From Mantamonas sphyraenae STR306 (Eukaryota; Protista; CRuMs): a stretch of 64,000 nt of DNA. The DNA lies in contig JAPMXV010000024.1 of NCBI GenBank assembly GCA_026936335.1, forward strand, positions 62,001-126,000. The letters run 5' to 3'. Below the pieces are notes generated by a model. That model searched no databases and had not been told where the DNA came from. It saw nothing but the letters and a program-made list of their open reading frames with translations. Made by a program: the position numbers and the translations under genes. Each line of letters starts with the position of its first letter. The first letter of the stretch is position 1. Positions 10,790 through 21,800 of the stretch are shown here, piece after piece.

Positions 10790-13700
10790 ATGAGTGCGAA
10801 GGAAGCCGGCGAGTCGAAGCAGCCGCCACAATGGCATGAGGAAGACGACCGCACGTGGGCCAAGGAGACGCTGGGGCTGAGTGACGAAGCGTTGGAGGAC
10901 CGGGAGGCTGTGTTTGCGGCGGTGTTGGAGCAGCTGTGGTCGCATCGCAAAGAGTCGAGCGACAGCCGGAAAGAGGACGACAGCAAGGAGGCAGACGGCG
11001 ACAAAGAGGCAGACACGGGCAGCAAGACACGCAAAGACGACCCAAAGGGCACGAAAAAGGGCAAAAGCGCACAAGGCAAGGCAAAGGGCGGGGCCAAGGG
11101 CGAGAGGGACGCTTCAAGTCAGGAGGAAAAGGAGCCCGCGAGCAACAGCGGCGAGGACGGAGACGCAGATGATGAGGGCAAGGATGGGAAGGAGGGGGAG
11201 GGTGGGCAGGGGAAGGAGGAGGAGGAGGAGGAGGAGGAGACAAAGAGCAGTTCGAATCGAGGTGGAGGAGGGAGGAAGAAGCGTGGGTGGCGCACGAAGA
11301 AGCTGGAAGCGGAGCTTGCAGCTCAGCCGCCGCTTCCGACAGCATTGCTACCGACGCGGGACGTGCATGCGATGGTGGAAGGGATGGCAGAGGTGGAATT
11401 GGGCAAGGGGGAGAACCGGGTGCAATTGCACGAGCATCAGGTGCAAGGGTTGCACTTTCTGTGCCGTGCGCTGTTTGCTCGAAGTCGCAGCTGTGCGGCG
11501 GCAGCGATGCTTCACCACGAAATGGGTTTGGGCAAGACGCTGACGGCACTGATGATGGTACTGCGTGTGTTGCCAGCGGTGACGGGCGACCGGCGTCCAG
11601 TGCTGTGGATTACACGCGGTCAATTGGTGGACCAGCTTGCCAAGGAGGTGCGCAAGTTCTTTGGCACCTCCGTGGCACCCGTGCTCAGCGTCACCTCGGC
11701 CAACCTCAACTCATTGAGGCGACACCATGTGCAGGAGGCCTCCATTGTGGTGGTGGCCAACACGGCCATGCTGGTGGCGTACAAACGCGTGTTTGGTGAC
11801 AAGCCCAAGAGCAAGGATGGCTGGCGATTCCCAAGCAATTGTCAGGATTTGGACAGGAGCACAGCCAACAGCAAACGCGGGTCGGCATTGATTCTGAACC
11901 CGGGCAGGCTGTACTCGGCCATTGTCATGGATGAGGTGGGCGAGTATGCACGCAACGCAAACAGCCAGATCACGCAGGCGCTGTCGTACGTGTCGACCAC
12001 CCCGGGTCACTGGGGTTGCTTTGGCCTGTCGGGAACACCCATTCACAACGGAAACGCCGACGTGGTGGTCGAACAGAAGGCCATGGGCTACTTTGAACGC
12101 AACGACCCTCTCTTCTACACCGAGTGGATGACCTCCAAGGAGAGCGAAGAATACTCGTTTGGCACGTTTATGCACACGTGCTTTGTCCACGACGTGGCTG
12201 TGTTTGTGGACAAAAACGATGCCAACAGCAAAGCCATGGTGGTGGAGACAAACATGGATGGCCTGGCTGCCACACGCAAGGCAGAAGGCGAGGCTGGCAA
12301 TGGCGACGACGATGAGGATGACGATGACGAGGAGGAGGAGGAGGAGGAGGAAGAAGAGGACGATATGGAGCTTTTGGCGGCGGCAATGCAGGACAAGAAG
12401 GATCGGCTTGCCGCCAAGCGCAGGATGCACGGTGCGCGGGATGGGAACGACAGCGACTCGTCGGGGTACATGTCATCGGACAGCGACGACAACCAGCATG
12501 TGGATCGGAAACGAAAGAGGGAAAGCAGTGAGGAGGAGGAGGAGGACAGCAGCAGCGAGGAGGAGGTGGAAATTGAGATGGAGCTGACGATGCCAGAAGG
12601 GATAGAGAACCTGAGCGCAGAGGAGCAACAGGCCGTGATGCACGCGCAAGTGGCACAACAATTGCAAGCGATGAACAACATGGGCAGTGGGCAGGATGGG
12701 AAGGAGGGCAGTGACAGCGACAGCGACAGTGATGGCAGTTCGGACAGCGATAGTTGGTTTGATTCGGACGACAGTTCGTTGGAGGGGTCGGACGATGAAG
12801 GAGCAGGAGCAGGGGCAGGGAAAGAGGCAACAAGCAGCAGCAGCAGCAGCAGCAGTAGTGGTGGTCGTGGTGTGGAGGATGGGATGGTCACGGAAAAGGC
12901 TGAGCAACAGGAGGGGCAGGAGGAAGGGAAGGTGGAGAAGAAGGAGGAGCAGGACGAGGAGCAGGAAGGCAGTAGCAAGCAGCCAGCAGCCAAGAGGCAG
13001 AAGCGAATGCTGCGTATGGCGCATGTGCAGTTCAAGGCTGTGGTGCACTCGTGTTCAGACGCAGAAATGGAGGCGTTGAAGGTGCTGTTGAAGGAGACAG
13101 ACACTCTGTTCAGCAAGGTGGAGGAACGCAAGGAGGAACGTGCGGCACGCGAGGCAGAGGAGAAAAAGGCAAAGGCAGCAGCAAGGAAAGCCGGCAAGGG
13201 GGCAAGCAAGGGGGCCAAAGGGGCCAAGGGCAAGGGCAAGGGCAAGGCGTTGCAAGGACCGAGTGTGGATGTGAACAGTCTGGATGTGGAAGACCTGGAC
13301 GAGGACGTAGATGCGTCGTTGGGTGCGGCGGGAGGGGATGTGAGCGCCATTGAAGCGGCAGACGGGGTGGACGAGGAGGAGAAGTTGCTTGCCATTCGAG
13401 GGATGGCATTGCGGATGGCAATGCGAGCTCAACAGACGTCGTCATGCATCCTGCAATTGCAAGGGAACACGGACCTGCCCGAAGGATTGCGCGAGGGACT
13501 GAGCTGGGCGGACTGTTCAAAGATGCGCATTGCCAAGGGTCTAATCGCCAAGTGGGCGAGTGGAGAGGAGGAGAAAGTGGTGATTGGCACACGGTTCACC
13601 AAGGAGATTCCTCTGATTGCGGAGGAGTTGGAACGGTGGATGCAGGGGCGAGGGTGGAGCAGCACGGGTGTGGTGCAGTACCACGGAAGCATGTCAGAGA

Positions 13701-14191
13701 AGGAGAGGCAGGCGTCGTTGGATGCGTTCAAAGGCTCGCGTGCTGTCAAGGTGATGGTGTTGAACATGAAGTCGGGAGGCATCGGGTTGAATCTCACCGA
13801 AGCACACACGATGATCATCTGGTCGCCGTTTCACACGAGTGCACTCACGAAACAGACGATGAAGCGAGTGCACAGGATCAACAGCACACACAACGTGCGC
13901 ATTTGGTTCCTGATCAACCGGTACGTGGAGTGGTACATGGAAATCTGGTCGCGGTTGAAGGTGAAGGACGCCCTTTGGCAGCAGCTGGAAGACGATCCGC
14001 GACTGGAGGAGGTGGTGGACATGCTCAACGATCGCAAGTACGGCGTGGCACGGGAGTGTACGTTGACACGGCTGGCAAAGTCTCGTCTGCTGTTGGAGAT
14101 GGAGCAGAAGGAGTTGTACGGGAAGGAGCCACCCAGAGCCATTGAACACGTCATCATGGACACGGCACAGGGTGGCAAGTTGGCAGAGTGA
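10790..14191 (+). CDS. Divergent SNF2-family helicase/ATPase with a large acidic insertion
   Basis: LHEHQVQGLHFL (Q motif), HHEMGLGKT (I), IVMDEVG (II), LSGTPIHN (III), KVVIGTRF (IV), YHGSMSEKERQASLDAF, SGGIGLNLTEA (V), QTMKRVHRINS (VI). In-frame ATG at 10790 (MSAKEAG). Confidence 0.85.
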   Translation: MSAKEAGESKQPPQWHEEDDRTWAKETLGLSDEALEDREAVFAAVLEQLWSHRKESSDSRKEDDSKEADGDKEADTGSKTRKDDPKGTKKGKSAQGKAKGGAKGERDASSQEEKEPASNSGEDGDADDEGKDGKEGEGGQGKEEEEEEEETKSSSNRGGGGRKKRGWRTKKLEAELAAQPPLPTALLPTRDVHAMVEGMAEVELGKGENRVQLHEHQVQGLHFLCRALFARSRSCAAAAMLHHEMGLGKTLTALMMVLRVLPAVTGDRRPVLWITRGQLVDQLAKEVRKFFGTSVAPVLSVTSANLNSLRRHHVQEASIVVVANTAMLVAYKRVFGDKPKSKDGWRFPSNCQDLDRSTANSKRGSALILNPGRLYSAIVMDEVGEYARNANSQITQALSYVSTTPGHWGCFGLSGTPIHNGNADVVVEQKAMGYFERNDPLFYTEWMTSKESEEYSFGTFMHTCFVHDVAVFVDKNDANSKAMVVETNMDGLAATRKAEGEAGNGDDDEDDDDEEEEEEEEEEDDMELLAAAMQDKKDRLAAKRRMHGARDGNDSDSSGYMSSDSDDNQHVDRKRKRESSEEEEEDSSSEEEVEIEMELTMPEGIENLSAEEQQAVMHAQVAQQLQAMNNMGSGQDGKEGSDSDSDSDGSSDSDSWFDSDDSSLEGSDDEGAGAGAGKEATSSSSSSSSSGGRGVEDGMVTEKAEQQEGQEEGKVEKKEEQDEEQEGSSKQPAAKRQKRMLRMAHVQFKAVVHSCSDAEMEALKVLLKETDTLFSKVEERKEERAAREAEEKKAKAAARKAGKGASKGAKGAKGKGKGKALQGPSVDVNSLDVEDLDEDVDASLGAAGGDVSAIEAADGVDEEEKLLAIRGMALRMAMRAQQTSSCILQLQGNTDLPEGLREGLSWADCSKMRIAKGLIAKWASGEEEKVVIGTRFTKEIPLIAEELERWMQGRGWSSTGVVQYHGSMSEKERQASLDAFKGSRAVKVMVLNMKSGGIGLNLTEAHTMIIWSPFHTSALTKQTMKRVHRINSTHNVRIWFLINRYVEWYMEIWSRLKVKDALWQQLEDDPRLEEVVDMLNDRKYGVARECTLTRLAKSRLLLEMEQKELYGKEPPRAIEHVIMDTAQGGKLAE

Positions 14192-14303
14192 GGCGCATGG
14201 ACTGTGGTTAATGTAATTTTTTGGAGTTTGAATCGAGTGCGCCAGTGGGGGCAGGTGGGTGGAGAGAGGGAGAGAGCAAGAGAGAGAGAGAGCGAGAGAG
14301 AAG

Positions 14304-14864
14304 ATGCGACACACACAAGACGACGACCACGAGGCGTACAGAGACCAGTGCATGCTGTTGCCACTGGTGGACACACAAGGACGTCAAACACCGGGGTCCA
14401 AGCTGGTTTGGTGGACCTCAAGTGTGTGTGCACCGGCTATGACCCTTGTGAGCGGCGTGGGTTTGGCGCTGCTTGGCAGTGACACACAAACGACGCCGCA
14501 GGAGGCTTGTACAGCGCAATTGGTGAGCATGGCCGTGCTCCTGGCAATAAGTGTGCTTGTTCTGCTGTTCCATCTGGCGCTGGTTTATGTGCGCATGCAG
14601 GTGCCCTCGCAGAGGGAGGTTGATGCAGGGATCTACGCCGCCGACTGGGTGCCTTCCGCCCTGCGCTTTCTGCTGGCCATGCGACGGTTTTGTGTGCTGC
14701 TTCCTGTGGCTTGTGTCACATTGTTGCTGGTCCACACTCTGGTGTGGTCACCCGTCTGTGTCTTGTCTGCGTGGAACACCACCACGGCAGTGGTGAGTGC
14801 GCTGGGGTCAGCCGCCGCAGCTGCGCTTGCCGTGGCCGGCGTTGTGTGGACGCTGTGTGGATGA
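14304..14864 (+). CDS. Hypothetical small multi-pass (~4 TM) membrane protein
   Basis: Four hydrophobic stretches (TLVSGVGLALLG; VSMAVLLAISVLVLLFHLALVYV; FCVLLPVACVTLLLVHTLVW; AVVSALGSAAAAALAVAGVVW). Fills the gap between flanking genes. Confidence 0.5.
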   Translation: MRHTQDDDHEAYRDQCMLLPLVDTQGRQTPGSKLVWWTSSVCAPAMTLVSGVGLALLGSDTQTTPQEACTAQLVSMAVLLAISVLVLLFHLALVYVRMQVPSQREVDAGIYAADWVPSALRFLLAMRRFCVLLPVACVTLLLVHTLVWSPVCVLSAWNTTTAVVSALGSAAAAALAVAGVVWTLCG

Positions 14865-14920
14865 ATGCACAGAGAGAGATAGAGGAAGAGAGAATGGGGA
14901 ATGGATGAAAGAGAGTCGTT

Positions 14921-17900
14921 TTATCCTCGTTGAGACACCTGATCCAGAGTGGCAACCTGTTTGCTGAGTGAGGTTGCCAAACGTGCTCCGTTCGCACCCA
15001 ATCGACTGTGGTCATCGATGTACGAGTCCAACAGTTCGTTCTCCCTCTGTTCCTTCTCCTTGGCTTCCTTTCGTGCACGCGCCGCCTCTGCACGTCGCTG
15101 CGCCGCCTCCTTGGCCCTTCGCGTGCTTGTCACGCGTGCACTGTACGGTCGTTTCTTCTCCGACCCACTTCCGTGTGACGACGATGCACCTGTGGAATGC
15201 GACATGGAATCCCTGCCATCTCTCGTCACGCGTGGCTGTGCTGTTTCCGGCCGTCGCCGTTGCCCCACAGAGTTTCCTGTTGCTCCTGCTTCACCCCCCT
15301 TGCCTCGGTTGCCTTGGATCCCTCCTCTGCTGCTGGCTGCCGTCTGTGGTCGTCTCTTGTTGCTGTTGTTGTTGTTGTTGCGCTTTGAGGCACTGCTCTC
15401 TGCCCCATCCGTGCTCACCATGCGCCCCCGACCATACATCATGGCCGTAAAGTCTTCACGCACACCCACACTCGACTGGCCGTCCATCATCATCAGCACA
15501 CTGTCCGACATGTCCGATCCCACCGCTGACACAGACCCTCCATCTCGTCCACCGCCACCTGGTGCACTCCCCATCCCACCCACCCCACCGCCGCCACCAC
15601 CGTGTTGTCCACCGTGTTGTCCACCACGTCCACCACGCCCACCACCACCGCGGCTGCCAAAGTTGGTCAGTTCGCCCGGTGCAAACATGTGTCTGTCGCC
15701 AGAGGAGCTGGCCGAGGCAGCGTCGTCGTCGTCGTAGCCGTGATCCAGGAAATCGTCATCCCCGTGGGTGTCATCTGCCCACCGACCACCACCACCACCA
15801 CCACCACCAGCAGCAGCTGTGTTGTGTGTGCTGCGTGCGTATGCACTCTGTGGGCGGTACTTGTTGGTGTGTGAAATCTCCCATTTGGTTTCCAGCTGGC
15901 GATTGCGACGCGATTCCTTCTGCAGGGCCTTTTCGCTCTCGCGGATGCGTTGCAGCTGCTGGTGCATCACACGTCCCTGCTCCTCAATCTTTCGCGTTTG
16001 CTCCTTGACCAGTGCGGCAATCTCCTTGAAGATTTCGTAGGGCTTGCTCTTGAGGGACTCCTCGTGGTTGAGATAGCGAATCCACAGTGCGTTTGCAAGG
16101 CCGTGCATCTCTCGCAACTTGGCCCCACTTGCACTCGGGTGGTGGATGGTAAACATGTTGTCCAACCCAGCCACAATGTGCAGGGGATCGGTGGAATCCA
16201 CCACCTTGGCATCGTCGTGCTCGTCCACCCGCTCGCTCTTCAACGCATGCTGCTTCCACTTCTCCCACAGGTCCACAATGGCAAAGTTCAACGTCAAATA
16301 CTTGTCCTTGATGCGATGCGCCAGGCTCAGTTCGTTGTTGGTGGCCCGCAACTCTTCCGTGAGCTCCTGGATTTGCCGTTCCAACTTCTGCATGGCTCCC
16401 TCGTACTCCACCGCCAGCGACTGCCTCAAATTCTCCTTTTCCTGCTTCAGGGCCTGCATCTTGCGTTCCATGGCCGTGCTCTGTTCCTGGGCCTCGAGCA
16501 GCTGGGTGTACGAGTCCATTTGGGTGCGCTCCAGGTTTTCCAGGCGTTCGATGACCTCTGCGGGTGACTGGAAGTGGAAACTCTGGGAGAGCTGGTTGAA
16601 CACGGGATCCAGCCTGGAAAACACCTTCAGTTTGCGCTCCTGTTCCATCTGTCGTTCGCTCATCTTGTGCAACTTTTTCCGTTGCAACTCCACGATGCGT
16701 TTCAACGAATCGTGCTCGCTCTCCACCTCGCCAAACTTGTCCCTGACCCGCTCGTAGTTCCACATGTACTGGTCCCTCTCTCTCGACAGCGTGGCCAGCT
16801 TGCTTTCGTACTCCCTTCGCACCGCCTCAATGTCCTCCCTGGCAATCTGTCTCACCTCCTCCAGCGTCTGCTGCTCCGCCTCGTCGCGGATGTTCCTGCG
16901 TCCCGCCTGCTTCACCAAATCCACGTACTGCGACACCGTCTTTTCCGACGCCGCGTGTGGGTTGTTGCGCAACACGTCCGACACCACGTCGTTCAACGTC
17001 TTGGGTCGGTTGTGTCCGCGGAAGTGTTCGTTGTTCGTCCCCGACGCCGCACGCAACAACTTTTCATCCGTCACCACATTGCTGTTGGCCACTGTCACAA
17101 TGTCGTCGTCATACTCTTCCAACTGGTCATGTTCTGCTGCCTTGGTGGCTGCCCGTTGCAGCTTGGAACGCAACCCACCGCCACCTTCACCCCCCTCCTC
17201 ATCATCAACATCACCCGCCCCCTGTTTGGCCCCACGTGCAGTTTCACTCGTGGGTCGCAATCGCTCCTTGGCCTGCGTCAGTCGCTTGTGTGCTTGGCTG
17301 TTGCGTGCCTCCAGCTTGCGAAGGTACGCCAACGTCTGCGATCGGCTCTCAAACGCAGAAATGGGTCGCGGACGCGATGCATCCTTGGGAAATGGGTTGT
17401 CAAAGGGTTCGTCGTCCAGTCCGTCGTTGTCCACGTCCCAGTGGTGGCCCGGATTGCGCTTTGCGGCGGAGCGGCTGACCGCGGATTTCGAGCGAAGTGA
17501 GGTGTGGAAACGGGCCTTGCGACTGGCACTCTGGGGCCTTCTCACATCCAAAGTGGAGGCACGAGAGGTTCCAGCAGAGGCAATACGAGTCATGTTGCGT
17601 GTGTGTGAGCCTCCCGAGGGTGGACGTCTGCTTGAGGCGGCGGTTTGTGGGCGAGCGCGCGTTCCCGCCGAACGGGTTCCCGTTGCCGTTCCTGACTCGT
17701 GTGTTGCGGCGGGTGCGGCATAGGCCACGCGAACGTCGCGAGCCCCATACGAGTTGTCGTCGTCGCCACTTGTTCTGCGTGATGAAAACGGAGATTTGGA
17801 GGGTGGGGAGGAGGTGGAGTGGCGACCGTTGGCGCCACCGCTGTGCGATGACTCGTCGTCGCCCACGGCAAGGTCGGCCTGGTCAAAGCCAAAGTCATAC

Positions 17901-18148
17901 GAGGAGGAATTGGCCAGGGGAGTGTCTGGGACGAGGACAGCCAGATTGGAGGCACTTGCAGATGGGGAAAGGGTGCCCGTGCTACCGATGCTGCTGCTGC
18001 TGGTGAGCGTGCTTGCCCACGCCACTGTGTTGCCACCCCGTGGTGAGGCTGGTGTGCTACTGCCTCGTGACGACCCTCCACTGTCGTCTCTGCTCAGATC
18101 CACACTGCGTAGGGAGCCTGTGGAGCCACTCGAGCTGGAGGAGTGCAT
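14921..18148 (-). CDS. Coiled-coil protein, probably ciliary (CCDC42/CFAP73-like core)
   Basis: Central heptad coiled coil, FQSPAEVIERLENLE...TLNFAIVDLWEKW..VDSTDPLHIV, reminiscent of the CCDC42/CFAP73 C-terminal half. Low-complexity flanks with many RPx[S/T]A motifs. The start at 18148 is inferred, because the ORF extension to 18970 overlaps the opposite-strand gene. Confidence 0.6.
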   Translation of the reverse strand: MHSSSSSGSTGSLRSVDLSRDDSGGSSRGSSTPASPRGGNTVAWASTLTSSSSIGSTGTLSPSASASNLAVLVPDTPLANSSSYDFGFDQADLAVGDDESSHSGGANGRHSTSSPPSKSPFSSRRTSGDDDNSYGARDVRVAYAAPAATHESGTATGTRSAGTRARPQTAASSRRPPSGGSHTRNMTRIASAGTSRASTLDVRRPQSASRKARFHTSLRSKSAVSRSAAKRNPGHHWDVDNDGLDDEPFDNPFPKDASRPRPISAFESRSQTLAYLRKLEARNSQAHKRLTQAKERLRPTSETARGAKQGAGDVDDEEGGEGGGGLRSKLQRAATKAAEHDQLEEYDDDIVTVANSNVVTDEKLLRAASGTNNEHFRGHNRPKTLNDVVSDVLRNNPHAASEKTVSQYVDLVKQAGRRNIRDEAEQQTLEEVRQIAREDIEAVRREYESKLATLSRERDQYMWNYERVRDKFGEVESEHDSLKRIVELQRKKLHKMSERQMEQERKLKVFSRLDPVFNQLSQSFHFQSPAEVIERLENLERTQMDSYTQLLEAQEQSTAMERKMQALKQEKENLRQSLAVEYEGAMQKLERQIQELTEELRATNNELSLAHRIKDKYLTLNFAIVDLWEKWKQHALKSERVDEHDDAKVVDSTDPLHIVAGLDNMFTIHHPSASGAKLREMHGLANALWIRYLNHEESLKSKPYEIFKEIAALVKEQTRKIEEQGRVMHQQLQRIRESEKALQKESRRNRQLETKWEISHTNKYRPQSAYARSTHNTAAAGGGGGGGGRWADDTHGDDDFLDHGYDDDDAASASSSGDRHMFAPGELTNFGSRGGGGRGGRGGQHGGQHGGGGGGVGGMGSAPGGGGRDGGSVSAVGSDMSDSVLMMMDGQSSVGVREDFTAMMYGRGRMVSTDGAESSASKRNNNNNSNKRRPQTAASSRGGIQGNRGKGGEAGATGNSVGQRRRPETAQPRVTRDGRDSMSHSTGASSSHGSGSEKKRPYSARVTSTRRAKEAAQRRAEAARARKEAKEKEQRENELLDSYIDDHSRLGANGARLATSLSKQVATLDQVSQRG

Positions 18149-18802
18149 TGCGGGTGGGCGTTTGGGCGTTTGGTTCGGCTGGCGCTGGCGGACACAAGGA
18201 GAGGACCTCTCACAGTGTGCCATGGTGGGTAGTTGGAGTGTGTAGGACATGGAGTGCCCGCGGGGGAGGACGAGGATGGTGTCATGTTTGGGACTGACAT
18301 TGTGGGGACAGAGTGGGAAGGCGACGTCGCGCAAGAGCCAGAGGTGAGTAGCCGTTGCGGCGGAGTGTTTGAAGCGACCACACGGCTGACACAGCAGACG
18401 GCTGGGATTGGAATGTGTGCGTATGGCTCGATTGGAAACGTTTACACATGCGAATGTGTGTGTGTGGGCTGGGGTATGAGTGTAGAAAGCGCAAGGACGT
18501 GTCGACGGACTTGACGGTGAATCAAGGCCGGCGACGAGGCAAAAGGGGCTCTGAACGGGGAGGGAGCAGCAGCGAAGCAGCCGCAGACAAAGCATTGGAA
18601 GACCAGGTTGCATTGGAGGCCCAACGTATTCTGCGAGTGCACATTGCAGGGGTGCTCCAGCCTGTCGAGGTGGTCGTGGGTGAGTGATGATGCGCGCTGG
18701 AGGGGTGGGGAAGCGTGGAGAAGAGAGAGAGAAAGAGAGATGAAGGGAGGCACTGACACACAAAATGGGATGAATGGGTGGCGGATGGATGTGTGCTTGC
18801 AG

Positions 18803-21800
18803 AGGAAACCATCCAGGTTGCCGTGGAAGAAGAGAAGAAGGAGACACAGGTGAAAACGGCAGCCATGATGCAACTGGCGGGCGAGGGGAGTACGAGCAAC
18901 AGTGGGGCAGGGAAGGACAGGCGAAGGAGCAACGTGGCAACGGCACGGGGAAGGACGAAACGAGGCACACGGACAGGCAAAGATGGCAGCAACAGCAACA
19001 AGGGAAGGAAGGAGAAGGAAAAGGAGAAGGAAAGGGAGAAGGAGAAGGAGAAGGAAGCGGGTGTGAAGATGGTGGACAAGGTGGTGAGTGTGCGCAAGCA
19101 GGTGTTGAAGCGTACCATGATGCATGCGCGTCTGTTCAACCAAAGCGAAACGAAACGGCTGGGGGGCGAGGAGGGAAGTGCGGAGGAGGCGTTTGAGGAC
19201 GAGTTTGAGGTGAGGGTGGAGCGTGTGGACGACGCCTGGGTGCGACGGTGCTACGCGTGGCCGTATCTGGAGTTGGAGGTGTACGAGGTGTTGGAGGATG
19301 AGCATGGGAACGCAAGCGGGATGGAAAAGCGAGGCGTGTTGCCCGTGGACATTTCCCCTCTGCTCGGGTGGGACACCACAGTCACCGCCAGCTTCAGCAA
19401 CCTCAACACAGAGTATCCCCCCGCACCCAACACAGTGGGTCACGTGCAGGTGACCGTGTCTGTGGACAAGCCGCTGCTGAGTGCAGAACAGCTGGACACC
19501 CTGCATCCGGTGGTGTTCCATCTGCGCGGCTGTGAGGACATGCCGGGCAATCCCGACGGGTTTGAGGCCCTGCGCAGCGAGTGTCAACCCGTGTGGGCCA
19601 CCTACCGCTTCTTTGACCAGCCGCCCGTGTATGTGCCCGGGGTGCCGCAGCAGACACACATCAGCTGGGAACATCGCCATCTGGTCTTTCTGGGTGGGTT
19701 GCCAAAGGCTCAGCTGCATGAATATCTGCTGGCACAGCCCATGACGGTGGAAATCCACGACAGGGAACGCAAGCACAGCCGTGCATTCCCCATGCCTTGG
19801 CCTCTGGGTGAGCGCGATCCCAGCGAACCGGAATTCCTGCAATACCTGCCTGCAGACGGGGATGAGGATGGGAATGGCGGTGGCAGTGGCAGTGGCGAAG
19901 AAGGCAGCATGTCGCGCAGTGGCAGCCGTGGCGACGGCGCAGGGGACGGACGCAAGTCGTCGCGTGCACGATCGCGTAGGTCGCGCACAGTGTCTTCTCG
20001 AGCGACGTCTCGAACGACATCGCGAAGGAGCAAGCGGAATGGAGCGGGTGCGTCATCGTCACAACCGGGGCCAACCGACGGAATGGAGGACGGGGTAGAG
20101 GGAGACGGAGGAGGAAGCAATGGGTTGGAGGACGGGGAGGAAGAGGTGAATGTGGTGAGGCGTGCTTGGATGGCAGACGAGTGCATGGATCCGTATGCAG
20201 AGGTGCCGATCTGGTTGAGCAACATGACGACGAACCAGAAGGACTTTGTGTGCGAAGGGACACTGGTGCCGTCGAGAAGGGCAGGTGCAGCGGGGGATAT
20301 CAACCAAAGCATCCCGGGAGGGTATCTGGAGGCATGCAGCAGTCTGACGATGCGTGTGGAGATGCACAAGCCTGTGGAATTGCCCAAGGCGGACCAGCTG
20401 GGCCCGCTGACACGATGCATCTACATTGTGGCGACGGAGGATCGTGCGACACAGTACCGTCTGCTGGATGCGATCTATGCGGTGAACGGGGCAGCATTGG
20501 AGATTGCAGACGCGGATCCTGCGCTGTTGGCAGCGTACGAACTGGACGACGGGCAACGTGAGGACAGCAGCCTGGATGTGATCACAGGGGTGCAGGTGGC
20601 AGACGACACACAAACCATGTTTCTTCTGGAAGGGTTGGCAGACGCAGGGATTGCGGCGGTGCAGGCGGCGGTGCCACGTGAAGTGCGTGGGAATCACGCC
20701 GGGTTGACCTTGCTTGCCAACTCACAGTTGCGATTCAATCGCAGGCTGTATGCAGACATGAACGTGGAGCTGCACAAGATCAAACTGGAACAGAGTGCGT
20801 CTGAGATGCTTGCGTCGTCGCGTGAGGTGTACCTGCGTCACAAGATGCCATCGTCTGTGTTTGACTGCCTGGTGGCACTGACGGAAATCCCCAAGCTGCG
20901 ACGCATGGACCAAGTGGTGCGTCGTCGTCTGTTGCCCACCTGTGACATGCTGGTGGACTTTGAGAAACGCTTCGGGATGCCGTTGGATGCGGAGGACGAA
21001 TTCGCCACCATGAAGCACCCGTTGGCACGACCACGCACGGCTCGCTTCAGTGTGACCGACCACAAGCGACTGGACACCGCGGGGGGAGTGAGCAAGGAGG
21101 AGGAGGCAAGGATGAGGGAGGAGCGGGAGCGGGAGGCAGCGGAGCGGGGCAAGGGAGAGCTGCAGCAAGGCAGAGGTGGTGGTGGTGGTGGTGGTAGGAG
21201 CAAACAGCGCAAGAAGCAGGCGTTGGATCAGGAAGGGATCGATCTGAGCAAGACAGTGCGTGAGGAGAGGGATTACGTGGGGGAGAACATGACGATGGTG
21301 GCAGAGGCAAGCAAGGCCAACACACGACGCAGACAGAGGGAGGAGGAAGAGGGGACACAGGGAGGACGGGTGCGACGAGTGCGTGCAAGCGAGTTGGAGG
21401 AGATGACGGGGTTGCGTCAGGTGGCATACTACAGCGGTCAGCGATTGAACGGGGTGCACCAACAGCAGGAGGTGCTGCGGAAGCGGATCGAGTCTGATCA
21501 CAGTCATCATTACACATACGGGGCACTGTTGTCGAACAGCGTGGCACGTGGGGACATGGATGAATTGGAACGGATCGAGGAGATTGAGCGTCGGGATCGA
21601 TGGCTGACGGCAGACGGGTTCCAGACGGCCAAGGCGAGGAGTGCGGCACAGGACAGGAAGCATGCCAAGGAGTTGGATGAGATGGTGAAGGAGGAACTGA
21701 GGCATCCGTGGCAGGAGGCACCGTCGTTGCATTCGACGTTCCGAGGGGAAGAGGGGAAGGGGGAGAAGGGGGAGAAGGGGATGATGCATGAGAAGGCGTG

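Noticed and set aside
18149-18970. N-terminal 274-aa extension of the 1349-aa ORF
   Set aside because: Overlaps CFAP92 exons and introns on the opposite strand and has non-protein-like composition.
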